From an uncultured Gammaproteobacteria bacterium (GTDB lineage: Bacteria; Patescibacteriota; Patescibacteriia; 2-01-FULL-39-33): 32,007 bases of DNA. Where the stretch lies: assembly GCA_964608895.1 (NCBI GenBank), contig CAZSPT010000003.1, forward strand, positions 1 through 32,007, given 5' to 3'. The notes beneath the pieces are model-generated. The model was not told the DNA's origin. It was given only the letters and a program-made list of their open reading frames with translations, and ran no database searches. The translations under genes and the position numbers were made by a program. Shown one piece after another: positions 14,401-22,338 of this stretch; position 1 is the stretch's first letter; each line of letters opens with the position of its first letter.

Positions 14401-15340
14401 TGTCAATAAGCCAAATTAAATTATTTTCCGGATCTTTTTCATCTCCCAATATTATGCGAGGCTGGGAGCCGTTAATTAAAAGTTTATCAACAACATGCAA
14501 ATCAACTTTAGGATCAGTCGTGCCAATTCCGACATTGCCGTCAGTATCAATTCTCATTCCTTCAATAAAGCCACCTACTCCATCACCATGAATAAATGAC
14601 AATGAATTTCGACTTGAAGCTTGATCACCTCGATTTGAAATATGCCAAGTCTTATTATTATCACTGTCAGAAAGAATTAAACGGCCGGCATGTTGAACGT
14701 CTAAACCGCTTGAATCAACTATTAAATTTCCGTAAAAACTGGCGTCGCCGTCAGGATTAATTGTGAAAGTTTTTAAATAATTTTCATTATTGTCTTTCCG
14801 CCAAATTTCAAAATTATGATTATTATCCTTGCGGTGATACAACCCCCAATTCCAACTGTCTCCCTGGAGTAAAACTCCGGAATATTGATATATATCTCCG
14901 TCACCGCTAAGATTTAAAAAAGCAGCATTATTTCCAGTTCGCGGTCCAATATAGACATTTCCCTGGCTATAACCAATACCGTCATTACGCAATTTCCAAT
15001 ATCCACTCTTTGAATCACTACACTCCCAATGGCCGACGTCGTGATAAGTCAAAATCTCTCCTTCATTGCATTCCATAATGCTTAAAAAAACTTTCTCTTT
15101 ATTGTCACTCCAGTTGCCAAAAATTTCGCCATCAAATTGGGTATCTTGGTTTAAAGGCGGGGCAATATTTCCTTGAGGTGGCGGCGAAGAAGGCTCTTGC
15201 CAAGCAGCTGAAGCAAAATTAAAACCAGCCCCGAAGAACAGTCCGAAAATCACTGCCAGGCTGGTCAAAATCTTTAATTTTAGCCAAAATAAACCAAAAT
15301 TAAGGGATGGTTTTTTACCCTGTCTGCCACCTTCCGTCAT
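11453..15340 (-). CDS. Giant secreted/surface protein (1295 aa) with phage-tail-fibre-like reiterated modules
   Basis: Signal or anchor LKILTSLAVIFGLFFGAGFNFASA is followed by AWQEPSSPPPQGNIAPPLN. DTDGNVGIGTTD occurs twice. A (G)GEVCDG(S/F)(G/K)NCL..GGFWE module occurs three times, plus one degenerate copy (CFNGNCLSNVG..AGFWD). Two units of about 100 aa are nearly identical. The C-terminal domain of about 110 aa contains Cys (CPEGYVAIGGG...FRCLK). Its stop is 27 nt before the next gene. Confidence 0.8.
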   Translation of the reverse strand: MTEGGRQGKKPSLNFGLFWLKLKILTSLAVIFGLFFGAGFNFASAAWQEPSSPPPQGNIAPPLNQDTQFDGEIFGNWSDNKEKVFLSIMECNEGEILTYHDVGHWECSDSKSGYWKLRNDGIGYSQGNVYIGPRTGNNAAFLNLSGDGDIYQYSGVLLQGDSWNWGLYHRKDNNHNFEIWRKDNNENYLKTFTINPDGDASFYGNLIVDSSGLDVQHAGRLILSDSDNNKTWHISNRGDQASSRNSLSFIHGDGVGGFIEGMRIDTDGNVGIGTTDPKVDLHVVDKLLINGSQPRIILGDEKDPENNLIWLIDKHPNHNDFRIFTQPGLETPGTVMMKIDTDGNVGIGTTDLLSGSGKLSVGGRDLEIGKEREGNKSLIFSNSAVNEDDQTLSWNNVDEQFEFSSDACFNGNCLSNVGAGGAGGGAAGFWDQDGVDQIIYEGEVHVLDPSGNKYSINEQDASNYSTGVAIRPESNPDSGDPLFSVQSAGGRDRLVVEHAGEVYSEYSDFVLYGGNKTNSFFQARTSGLTVGNGSDQGDIITIKGAEGEYVGTVIKSGSNEKWYSGKNDSENFVIRRNGFSDVFTIKDSDYGNVGIGKSLTAGSTHAVDDPALQLAIGDNDTGFQQQGDDQLGIFTNNVERARFDSSGNFEIYAGNLDVGGEVCDGFKNCLSDIAGASGGGFWEQDGADQIIYEGEVHVLDPSGNKYSINEQDASNYSTGVAIRPESNPYSGAPLFSVQSAGGRDRLVVEHDGEIYSEYSDFVLYEGNKTNPFFAAKRSGQVGIGTASPNANIHVYQESGNAEIDIQSGGFLDGTNHWAIYHDQGTDELRFWKEKNYSQANRLVIDNLGNLRIGQGSQTTNQDIHLIFGDYNNNWQQLFWSSANNYFKFSNDLYVSGNIQASNYCNQDGTNCYPVEELTGFWEEDSQGIYYSGSVKATNFEATNFEATNSLKTNYLVSHHDDQTIIDLSVEDYVKIDGNLMLDGNISAGGEVCDGSGNCLSDIAGASGGGFWEEHSDGIYYSNGNVGIGGVPSSNSKAKLTGYGQLTLIGQDKDPTDDDINLVFGTLGTGKQLFWDNSESRFELTDNLKVRGDFNLNSGQEIFFADNGQIRSLDNNHRILFRRDENKMEFREYGDIVFSPGSTNGQETTKMTIDSAGNLNVGGDISADGEVCDGSGNCLGSLNQEITNNLSLGVITCTCAQDGCLYPESECIPSKWGSNMLRVRCPEGYVAIGGGVGSSNWEDKYKTIYSAPVTSALNDDNAETLYGSREWEVRVTNGWFGNDGYAHFRCLKVASQ
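12307..12379. repeat. Dispersed intragenic repeat (73 bp), copy 1, encoding the GEVCDG.GNCLSDIAGASGGGFWE module
   Basis: cccaaaatccgccgccactggcgccggcaatatctgaaagacaatttccagaaccatcgcagacttctcctcc recurs at 13294-13366 with 3 mismatches. A partial 36-bp copy lies at 11808-11843. Confidence 0.85.
12499..12538. repeat. 15-bp tandem repeat (about 2.6 units) encoding ATNFEATNFEATN
   Basis: tagtggcctcaaagt occurs twice, followed by a partial third unit. It is in frame within the giant gene. Confidence 0.8.
13031..13304. repeat. 274-bp intragenic direct repeat, copy B
   Basis: It aligns without gaps to 13787-14060 (offset 756 bp = 252 codons). I count about 12 mismatches by eye, and the central stretch of about 120 bp is identical. 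It encodes FWEQDGADQIIYEGEVHVLDPSGNKYSINEQDASNYSTGVAIRPESNP... Confidence 0.9.
13294..13366. repeat. Dispersed intragenic repeat (73 bp), copy 2
   Basis: Same string as 12307-12379, except tttttaaaacc replaces tttccagaacc. Confidence 0.85.
13787..14060. repeat. 274-bp intragenic direct repeat, copy A
   Basis: Partner of 13031-13304. It encodes FWDQDGVDQIIYEGEVHVLDPSGNKYSINEQDASNYSTGVAIRPESNP... Confidence 0.9.
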
Positions 15341-15429
15341 AAGAATATAATTTTTATTTTCTTATATATTTTTTGATTTCAAAAACTTGAAAAATTCCAA
15401 ATTTTTAAACTTTTAAAAAAATTCCTTAA

Positions 15430-15458
15430 TTGACTTATCAACAATTGTATTATATAAT
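15430..15458 (+). promoter_or_regulatory. Sigma70-type promoter for the lemA-htpX-clpC unit
   Basis: TTGACT (15430-15435), a 17-nt spacer, then TATAAT (15453-15458). It lies about 60 nt upstream of the lemA ATG in an AT-rich divergent intergenic region. Confidence 0.55.
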
Positions 15459-15519
15459 ACCCGCATAGCAAAAGCAATTTTTTAAATTATAACATAAAAC
15501 TAATTAACTTAACAAATCT

Positions 15520-16086
15520 ATGCCAACCAACATTATTCTCTGGATTGTTTTAGCCGCGGCGGCAATAATTGTCATCTGGCTGGTAATTATTTTTAATTCG
15601 CTAATCAAACTGAAAAATCAGACTGAAGAAGCGATTTCCGACATTGATGTCCAATTAAAAAGACGCTATGACCTTATTCCCAATCTCATTAATACCGTCA
15701 AGGGTTATGCCAAGCACGAACAAGAAACTTTGGAAAAAGTGGTTAAAGCGAGAAATAAAGCAATGGAGCAGAACCCGGAAAATGTCAAAGAAAAAGCCCA
15801 AGCTGAAAACGCTCTTTCCGGAACCTTAAAATCTTTATTTGCTTTGGCTGAAAATTATCCCGACCTTAAAGCTAATCAAAATTTTCTTAAGCTCCAAGAC
15901 GAACTAACCGACACTGAAAACAAAATTCAAGCCGCCCGGCGCTTCTATAACAATAATGTCCGGGACTTTAACATCAAAACCCAAACAATCCCGAACAATC
16001 TGGTCGCCGGCATTCTCGGCTTCAATCAATTTGATTATTTTGAAGCTGACGAAGGCGAACGAGAAAATATTGAGGTAAAATTTTAA
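15520..16086 (+). CDS. lemA: LemA family membrane protein
   Basis: 188 aa with an N-terminal TM helix. NSLIKLKNQTEEAISDIDVQLKRRYDLIPNLINTVKGYAKHEQETLEKV and ENYPDLKANQNFLKLQDELTDTENKIQAARRFYNNNV are typical LemA blocks. Confidence 0.85.
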   Translation: MPTNIILWIVLAAAAIIVIWLVIIFNSLIKLKNQTEEAISDIDVQLKRRYDLIPNLINTVKGYAKHEQETLEKVVKARNKAMEQNPENVKEKAQAENALSGTLKSLFALAENYPDLKANQNFLKLQDELTDTENKIQAARRFYNNNVRDFNIKTQTIPNNLVAGILGFNQFDYFEADEGERENIEVKF

Positions 16087-16111
16087 AAACCGCTAAAATC
16101 AGCCAATCTTT

Positions 16112-17005
16112 ATGTATTCGCAAATAGATTCCAATAAGCGGAAAACTTTTATTTTAATTATAATTTTCGTCAGTCTGCTCGCTTTAATTGGCTATATTTT
16201 GAGTTATTTGACTGATTCCGGCTACTTATTCTTGATTATCGCGATTATCGCGGCAATCGCAATGGCCTTGGGCGGCTATTTCAAAGGCGATAAAATGGCT
16301 TTAACAACCGCCGGCGCCTGTTCGCTCAGCCGCCAGCAAAGCCCTTATCTCCATCGGATTGTGGAAAACCTTTGCATCACCGCCGGCCTGCCCAAGCCGA
16401 AAATTTACCTAATTCCGGACAATTCAATCAATGCTTTCGCCACCGGCCGGGATCCCAAACACGCTTCAATCGCTGTTACTAAAGGCGCTTTAGACAAACT
16501 GGAAAACGAAGAACTTGAAGGAGTAATCGCCCACGAACTCTCCCATATCAAAAACTATGACATCCGGCTGATGACATTGGTAATTGTCTTAGTTGGAACA
16601 GTTGTTCTAATTTCAGACTGGTTTCTCCGAATTATCTTCTTTAGCGGCCGAGGCGGCGGCAAGAAAGGCGGCGGCAACGCCATTTTATTGATTGTCGGAA
16701 TCGTTTTAATCGTTTTATCACCGATTTTCGCCCAGCTGATCAAGCTGGCCATTTCTCGGAAAAGAGAATATCTTGCCGACGCTTCCGGCTCACTTCTAAC
16801 CCGCTATCCCGACGGCTTAGCCAACGCTTTGGAAAAAATTAAAAATGACCCGGCCAAAATGGCCCGGGCCAGCCAAGCGACCGCTCACCTCTATATTGCC
16901 AATCCTTTAAAAAACAGCCAAACCAAAAAATTTTTCAAAAAAGCTTTTTCAACCCATCCGCCGGTTGACGAACGAATTAAGCAATTAAGAAAAATGACTG
17001 CTTAA
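16112..17005 (+). CDS. htpX: HtpX-like M48 zinc metalloprotease
   Basis: 297 aa with two N-terminal TM helices, the HExxH site in GVIAHELSHIKNYD, two further TM helices, then EYLADASG and the C-terminal HPPVDERI. Confidence 0.85.
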   Translation: MYSQIDSNKRKTFILIIIFVSLLALIGYILSYLTDSGYLFLIIAIIAAIAMALGGYFKGDKMALTTAGACSLSRQQSPYLHRIVENLCITAGLPKPKIYLIPDNSINAFATGRDPKHASIAVTKGALDKLENEELEGVIAHELSHIKNYDIRLMTLVIVLVGTVVLISDWFLRIIFFSGRGGGKKGGGNAILLIVGIVLIVLSPIFAQLIKLAISRKREYLADASGSLLTRYPDGLANALEKIKNDPAKMARASQATAHLYIANPLKNSQTKKFFKKAFSTHPPVDERIKQLRKMTA

Positions 17006-17012
17006 CAACCAA

Positions 17013-19553
17013 ATGGAAATAAACAATTTACCGGACAAATTTTCAAATAACTATAAAAAAGCACTGCAAACAGCGACTGCTTTGGTTTTGGAGCTGGGTC
17101 AGAATTTGATTAAACCCGAACATATTTTTTTCGGCCTGGCCAAGCAAAAAGGAAGTATTGCCGCTGAACTGCTTACCGGTCAGAAAATTAAGCCGGAAGA
17201 CGTTAAAAATTGCCTGATTCAACTTTCTCAATCCAATACCGGTTTTTGGGAAAACCAGCCTGAAAAACAAGAATTTCCAAATCAGCAAAAGCCCAAAAAT
17301 CCGGAATTTTCCAAACCAGCCAAAAAAACCATCCAAAAATCAATCCAAATTGCCTATCTTAACCATCACCGCTATGTTGGAAGCGAGCATCTTCTGGCCG
17401 CCCTACTCCAAGCTGGCAGTCCGGAGATAAAAAAAATTCTCCAGCGGTTAAAAATCCAAGAAAGTCAGCTCGTCCGGCAAGCGGTTAGCTCCTTGAAAAA
17501 CACTTCCCGGTTTCCTCAACTCATCAACACTTTTAAGGCCTCCAAAAATCAGGAAAGTTTTTCCGGCGGAAAAACTCAAGCCGGCCGGCCGGAAAATGTT
17601 CTGGAAGCTTTTGGAGCCAACCTTACTTCAGCCGCCTCGGAGAAAAAAATAGACCCGGTTATCGGCCGGACCGAAGAAATCACCCGAATTGCCCAGATTC
17701 TTTCGCGGCGCAACAAAAATAATCCAATTATTCTCGGCCCGCCGGGAGTCGGAAAAACCGCGATTGTTGAAGGCTTGGCTAAAAAAATCGCCAATCAAGA
17801 GGCGCCGACCGCTTTAAGGAATAAAAAAATCTACGCCCTGGACTTAAGCTCAATAGTTGCCGGAACAATCTACCGGGGAGAATTTGAAAGCCGGCTGAAA
17901 CAAATTATTGAAGAGGTTAAAAACCGACCGGAAATAATTCTTTTTATTGACGAAATCCACAACATCGTCGGAGCCGGCTCAGCTTCAGGTTCCATGGATA
18001 TGGCCAATCTAATCAAACCGGCTCTGGCCAAAGGAGAAATCCGCTGCATCGGAGCAACCACTTTTGAAGACTACCGAAAAACGATTGAAAACAGTCCGGC
18101 TCTTGAAAGAAGGTTTCAACCGATAAAAATATCAGAGTCAAATCCGGAAAGAACCAAAGAAATCCTGCTCGGCCTCCAAAAATATTTTGAAAAATTCCAT
18201 CAAGTTAAAATCACCGAAGCGGCGATTAAGGCGGCAATTTCTTTAAGTCAGCGCTATCTTCCGGAAAAATACCTTCCGGACAAGGCGATTGACCTGATTG
18301 ACGAAGCCGCCGCCGCCGTTAGGGTGAACCGGGAAATCTCTCCGCTTGAAAAAAAACTCAAGGAAATCACCCGGCAGCTTGAAAAAACCGACCAGGAAAA
18401 ACGCCGGACAATTTTAAGCGAAAAATTTCAGGAAGCAATCAAACTGAAAGGCCAAAGCGACCAACTAGCCAAAGAACTTAATCATTTGAAAAAAATGCTT
18501 GCCGGCCAAAATCGCCGGCTGAGAGGAAAAATCACTGAAAAAAATATCGCCGCCGTTCTGGCGGCCGCCAGCGGTATTCCGACTAAAGAGCTTTTAAGCT
18601 CGGAAAAGCGCCAAATTCTAAAAATTGAAAAAAAATTAAAAGAAACCATTATCGGCCAGGACGAACCTTTGGAAATTATCGCCAAATTCATCAAAAAAGC
18701 CAAAGCCGGCTTGACCGCCGACAATCGGCCGCTGGCTTCGTTTTTATTTGTCGGCCCGAGCGGAGTCGGAAAAACCTACACCGCCAAACAACTGGCCAGA
18801 CTCGTCTTCCAAAGCGAAGAAAACCTGATTAAAATAGATATGTCAGAATATTCCGAGAAAATAAACGTTTCCAAATTAATTGGCGCTCCGGCCGGCTATG
18901 TCGGCTACCAAGAAAGCGGACAGCTGACCGAAAAAGTCAAACACAAGCCTTATTCAGTCGTTTTATTGGACGAAGTTGAAAAAGCCAACCCGGAAATTTT
19001 TGACCTGCTTCTGCAAGTGCTTGAAGACGGCTATCTTACCGATGCCTCGGGAACAAAAATAAACTTCAAAAACACCGTCATTATTATGACCTCCAATCTC
19101 GGCTCGGAATATTTCGCCTCCAACCAGGAAATCGGCTTCAATTTTGAAACTTCGGAAGAACCGGAACAAAAACTGTCTCCGGAACTGAAAAACAAAATCA
19201 TCGCTGAAGCAAAAGATTTCTTTAAAATAGAATTCCTCAATCGGCTGGACAAAATAATCTGCTTTAATCCCCTTTCCCAAACCGACCTTAAGAAAATCGT
19301 CCGGCTTGAATTAAAAAATCTTCAAAAACGGCTGACTGAAAAACAACTCGCCCTGGAGCCGGCTCCTTCGGTAATCAACCTGCTCGCCAAAGAAAGCCTG
19401 GAAGCCGAACAAGGAGCCCGGGGAATCAAAAAAACAATCCAGGAATTGGTTGAAACCGAGCTTTCCCAGCAAATTCTGGAAAACAGACTCGCTCCCGGCC
19501 AAACCGCCGAACTTTCCGCCCTAAAAAACACTATACAAATCACGGTAAAATAA
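17013..19553 (+). CDS. clpC: Hsp100/Clp AAA+ chaperone, ClpC-type
   Basis: 846 aa with two Clp_N-like repeats. D1 has Walker A GPPGVGKTA and Walker B ILFIDEIHN. A short coiled-coil M-domain follows. D2 has Walker A GPSGVGKTY and Walker B VVLLDEVEKA. The IGF tripeptide (QEIGFNFE) sits where the ClpP-docking loop is expected. Confidence 0.85.
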   Translation: MEINNLPDKFSNNYKKALQTATALVLELGQNLIKPEHIFFGLAKQKGSIAAELLTGQKIKPEDVKNCLIQLSQSNTGFWENQPEKQEFPNQQKPKNPEFSKPAKKTIQKSIQIAYLNHHRYVGSEHLLAALLQAGSPEIKKILQRLKIQESQLVRQAVSSLKNTSRFPQLINTFKASKNQESFSGGKTQAGRPENVLEAFGANLTSAASEKKIDPVIGRTEEITRIAQILSRRNKNNPIILGPPGVGKTAIVEGLAKKIANQEAPTALRNKKIYALDLSSIVAGTIYRGEFESRLKQIIEEVKNRPEIILFIDEIHNIVGAGSASGSMDMANLIKPALAKGEIRCIGATTFEDYRKTIENSPALERRFQPIKISESNPERTKEILLGLQKYFEKFHQVKITEAAIKAAISLSQRYLPEKYLPDKAIDLIDEAAAAVRVNREISPLEKKLKEITRQLEKTDQEKRRTILSEKFQEAIKLKGQSDQLAKELNHLKKMLAGQNRRLRGKITEKNIAAVLAAASGIPTKELLSSEKRQILKIEKKLKETIIGQDEPLEIIAKFIKKAKAGLTADNRPLASFLFVGPSGVGKTYTAKQLARLVFQSEENLIKIDMSEYSEKINVSKLIGAPAGYVGYQESGQLTEKVKHKPYSVVLLDEVEKANPEIFDLLLQVLEDGYLTDASGTKINFKNTVIIMTSNLGSEYFASNQEIGFNFETSEEPEQKLSPELKNKIIAEAKDFFKIEFLNRLDKIICFNPLSQTDLKKIVRLELKNLQKRLTEKQLALEPAPSVINLLAKESLEAEQGARGIKKTIQELVETELSQQILENRLAPGQTAELSALKNTIQITVK

Positions 19554-19570
19554 GGTATAATAAAGAAAAG

Positions 19571-19600
19571 TCCTTAAAACTTTAATTTAAGGAATTTTCT
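19571..19600 (+). terminator. Weak AU-rich hairpin after clpC
   Basis: tccttaaa (19571-19578) pairs with tttaagga (19586-19593) and is followed by attttct. The stem is low in GC, so termination efficiency is uncertain. Confidence 0.3.
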
Positions 19601-19619
19601 AATAGCTTGTCTTGTTTCA

Positions 19620-20354
19620 ATGGCGGAAACCGCCCTGAAATCAAATTTTAACCAACCAAACGGAATCCCTTCCGCCAAGGGTTCTTTATCTTGGGAAAAA
19701 TCCTTAAACCGAGAAAAACAGCGCCAAAAAATCAAAGCGGAAACAAACTCGCTTTCCGGCTACCAGCAAAACCGATTAAATCAAAGCCCGAAAGCAGAGA
19801 AAAAAACCAATTCCTCTTCAGAAACAGCTGGCGCGAGAACTGCCTCAAAATCAGCCGAAAAAGCCTCTTTTAGCGTCCAGTTGGCAAAAGCCAGAGAAAA
19901 TGCAAAAAATCAAACCGTTTCAAAAAAACCGGCTGAAAAAAAATCAACAGCCGCACAAGAACAAACTATTTCAGCAACGGTCAAAAAAGCAAGTCAAGCT
20001 TCCTTAACCAGTTTTTGGGGTTCGGTTTGGCTTGACTGGACATTTTTCTCCTTGATTTATCTCAACGGTCATCTGGCCGCCTCTTTATTTTTTCCCAACC
20101 AGGTCTGCCAATTTGGAGAAGATAATTTATTTGGAAAATGGATTCCAATGAAATCACTGGCAAAAATAACCGAAATAATTTTTCTGATAATTATTGATGT
20201 GATTATTTTGGGAATTATTGTCATCACAATCTATTTCATTTATCAAATTTCAAAATTTGGCCTCAGAGACTGGGCAGGAATCGGCCTGCGCGGCGCGATT
20301 CCCGGCGGTGAAACCGCCACTGAAGCTATTTTAAGAAAAGCTACTGAAAAATAA
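19620..20354 (+). CDS. Hypothetical membrane protein with Ser/Lys/Ala/Gln-rich disordered N-terminal half
   Basis: 244 aa. Residues 1 to about 130 are low complexity. The C-terminal part has hydrophobic helices (WLDWTFFSLIYLNGHLAASLFF and ITEIIFLIIIDVIILGIIVITIYFIY). The start is not supported by an SD. It is the first gene of a tightly packed operon. Confidence 0.55.
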   Translation: MAETALKSNFNQPNGIPSAKGSLSWEKSLNREKQRQKIKAETNSLSGYQQNRLNQSPKAEKKTNSSSETAGARTASKSAEKASFSVQLAKARENAKNQTVSKKPAEKKSTAAQEQTISATVKKASQASLTSFWGSVWLDWTFFSLIYLNGHLAASLFFPNQVCQFGEDNLFGKWIPMKSLAKITEIIFLIIIDVIILGIIVITIYFIYQISKFGLRDWAGIGLRGAIPGGETATEAILRKATEK

Positions 20355-20368
20355 TAACCAATCCTTTA

Positions 20369-21616
20369 ATGAATTTTGACTGGAAAAAAATCGGCTTAAT
20401 CTTCCTGCTTGTTTTGGCAACCGCCGCCTTGGGTTTTTTAATCTATTTCTTTATCTGGCGGCCGCTCCTAACGCCGACTGAAGAACCGACTCCGACCAAT
20501 CTTAATCAGGAAGAGCCGGACCAAGGACAACTTCCGATTACCATTAACATCAACGGCAGAATTTTTAATCTTAACCTCAACCAAGGATTGCCCGACCAAG
20601 AGCCAGAAATTTCAGTTCCCAGCGGTCAAGAAATTCCGGATTCCGAAGCGCTGGGAAAAATCACTAAGATTGAAACAATTATTCCCAAACCGACCCGTTT
20701 CAGCTCCTTTGATGAAAACAATCTAATCTATTACGACCCCGGAGCCGACAAATTCCGAAAAATCTCCGCTAATGGAGAAATTTCCGACTATCACCGCCAG
20801 CTTTTTTACAATGTTCAGGAAGTGAGCTGGTCGCCTGATCGCCGCCGAGCGATTCTTGAATATCCCGACGGTTCCAATATTCTCTATGATTTTGAAACCG
20901 ACCGCCAAATCACTTTGCCAAAACATTGGCAAAATTTTTCTTTTTCCGGAAACGGCCAGGAAATTGCTTTCAAAAGTATTGGCTTAGACGAAGAAAACAG
21001 ATATTTGACTATTTCCCGGCCAGACGGCTCCCAACCGAGAATTTTGGAGTCAATCGGCGGAGTTGAGGACCAATTTGACCCGAACTGGTCGCCGTCCGGC
21101 CAAATCGCTGCCACTTTCACTAAAAGCCGGGACTATGATCGATCTGAAGTTTATTTTATCGGACAACATAATGAAAATTTTAAAATGATGATTGTTGAAG
21201 GCCGGGATTTCCGGGGAAAATGGTCGCCGGACGGCCAAAAAATACTCTATAGCGTCTACAGCTCCCGCCAAGACTATCGGCCGCAGCTCTGGATTTCCAA
21301 CGCTGTTCCCGGAGACATCGGAGCCAACCGAAAATTTCTCAACCTCCAAACTTGGGTTGAAAAATGCTCTTTTGCCGACAAAACAAAAATTTATTGCGCC
21401 GCTCCAAAGGAGCTTCCTTTTGGCATCGGGCTTGAACCGGAACAGGCGAAAAATATTTCCGACCAAATCTACGAAATAAACCTGAAAACCGGCACTCAAA
21501 AATTAATCGCCATTCCCGAAAAAGACTTGAGCGTCAGCAAAATTCTGATTTCTCCAAACAGCCGGGAGCTTTTCCTAACCGACAGCCGCGGTCGAATTCA
21601 TAAAATAAAACTTTAA
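20369..21616 (+). CDS. Membrane-anchored TolB-like (PD40) beta-propeller protein
   Basis: 415 aa with an N-terminal TM helix. PD40-type repeats recur: WSPDRRRAIL, FSGNGQEIAF, WSPSGQIAA and WSPDGQKILYS. Confidence 0.6.
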   Translation: MNFDWKKIGLIFLLVLATAALGFLIYFFIWRPLLTPTEEPTPTNLNQEEPDQGQLPITININGRIFNLNLNQGLPDQEPEISVPSGQEIPDSEALGKITKIETIIPKPTRFSSFDENNLIYYDPGADKFRKISANGEISDYHRQLFYNVQEVSWSPDRRRAILEYPDGSNILYDFETDRQITLPKHWQNFSFSGNGQEIAFKSIGLDEENRYLTISRPDGSQPRILESIGGVEDQFDPNWSPSGQIAATFTKSRDYDRSEVYFIGQHNENFKMMIVEGRDFRGKWSPDGQKILYSVYSSRQDYRPQLWISNAVPGDIGANRKFLNLQTWVEKCSFADKTKIYCAAPKELPFGIGLEPEQAKNISDQIYEINLKTGTQKLIAIPEKDLSVSKILISPNSRELFLTDSRGRIHKIKL

Positions 21617-21618
21617 TA

Positions 21619-22338
21619 ATGTTTTTCAAGAAAAAAATTCCAAACCGCCTCGGGCCGATTTTGATAGTCTTATTCTTGTTCACCGCCGTAATTTTCGGAT
21701 TAATCGGCTGGCGGGCGGCTGCTTGGCGGGCGGAAATTCTCAATTATTTGGAAAATTATCCGGATCAAACCCAATCAAAAGAATTAATTTCCCGAAACTT
21801 GGTAAGCTACCGGGAGCCGCCAACCGCCACTAAGCCGGAAATAACCGCTGATTCTCCGACTAAAGGACTGGCAGAAGCGCCGATAACCATTTTTGAATTT
21901 TCTTCGTTTGACTGCTCCTACAGCCGGGAAATCCAGCCGATTCTGGAAAAAATTATCGCTCAATATCCCGAGCAAATAAAACTGGTTTGGAAGGACCTGC
22001 CGATCAGCGATCAAGCCCGGCCGGCTCACTTGGCCGCCCGCTGCGCCCAAAATCAAGGAGAATTCTGGGACTATCACGATAAACTTTGGGAAAATCAAAA
22101 AAATCTAACCACTGACAAACTTAAAAAAATCGCCCAAGAACTCGGACTTAGCCAAAATCAATTCAATTCTTGTCTGGAAGAAAAGCAAACCAAATCAACG
22201 GTTAATCAAGATATTGAAGAAGGAAATATCCTTTTAATCAGCGGCACTCCCCACTTCTACCTTAACAGCCAGGAACTGTTCGGCCTGGCGACTCTTGAAG
22301 ACTTTCAAAAAATAATTGAAATTGAATTAAGCAAATGA
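21619..22338 (+). CDS. DsbA-family thioredoxin-fold protein with a CxxS (CSYS) active-site motif
   Basis: 239 aa with an N-terminal TM anchor. ITIFEFSSFDCSYSREIQPIL aligns with the usual (E/D)F.D..CP.C block. The downstream AARCAQNQGEFWDYHDKLW and ISGTPHFYLN blocks are typical of the DsbA/Thioredoxin_4 family. Confidence 0.7.
   Translation: MFFKKKIPNRLGPILIVLFLFTAVIFGLIGWRAAAWRAEILNYLENYPDQTQSKELISRNLVSYREPPTATKPEITADSPTKGLAEAPITIFEFSSFDCSYSREIQPILEKIIAQYPEQIKLVWKDLPISDQARPAHLAARCAQNQGEFWDYHDKLWENQKNLTTDKLKKIAQELGLSQNQFNSCLEEKQTKSTVNQDIEEGNILLISGTPHFYLNSQELFGLATLEDFQKIIEIELSK

Noticed and set aside
11514-14591. Many 60-155-aa ORFs on both strands within the 1295-aa gene
   Set aside because: All are nested within a single long frame with coherent repeated protein modules. 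None has independent signals.
15341-15519. Divergent AT-rich intergenic region at the strand switch as a replication origin
   Set aside because: I could see no cluster of DnaA-box-like 9-mers. No dnaA, dnaN or other origin-linked genes are nearby. The region is adequately explained by divergent promoters.
21050-21499. 149-aa minus-strand ORF and 95-aa plus-strand ORF inside the TolB-like gene
   Set aside because: They are overlapped by a frame with recurrent PD40 repeat motifs and have no independent signals.
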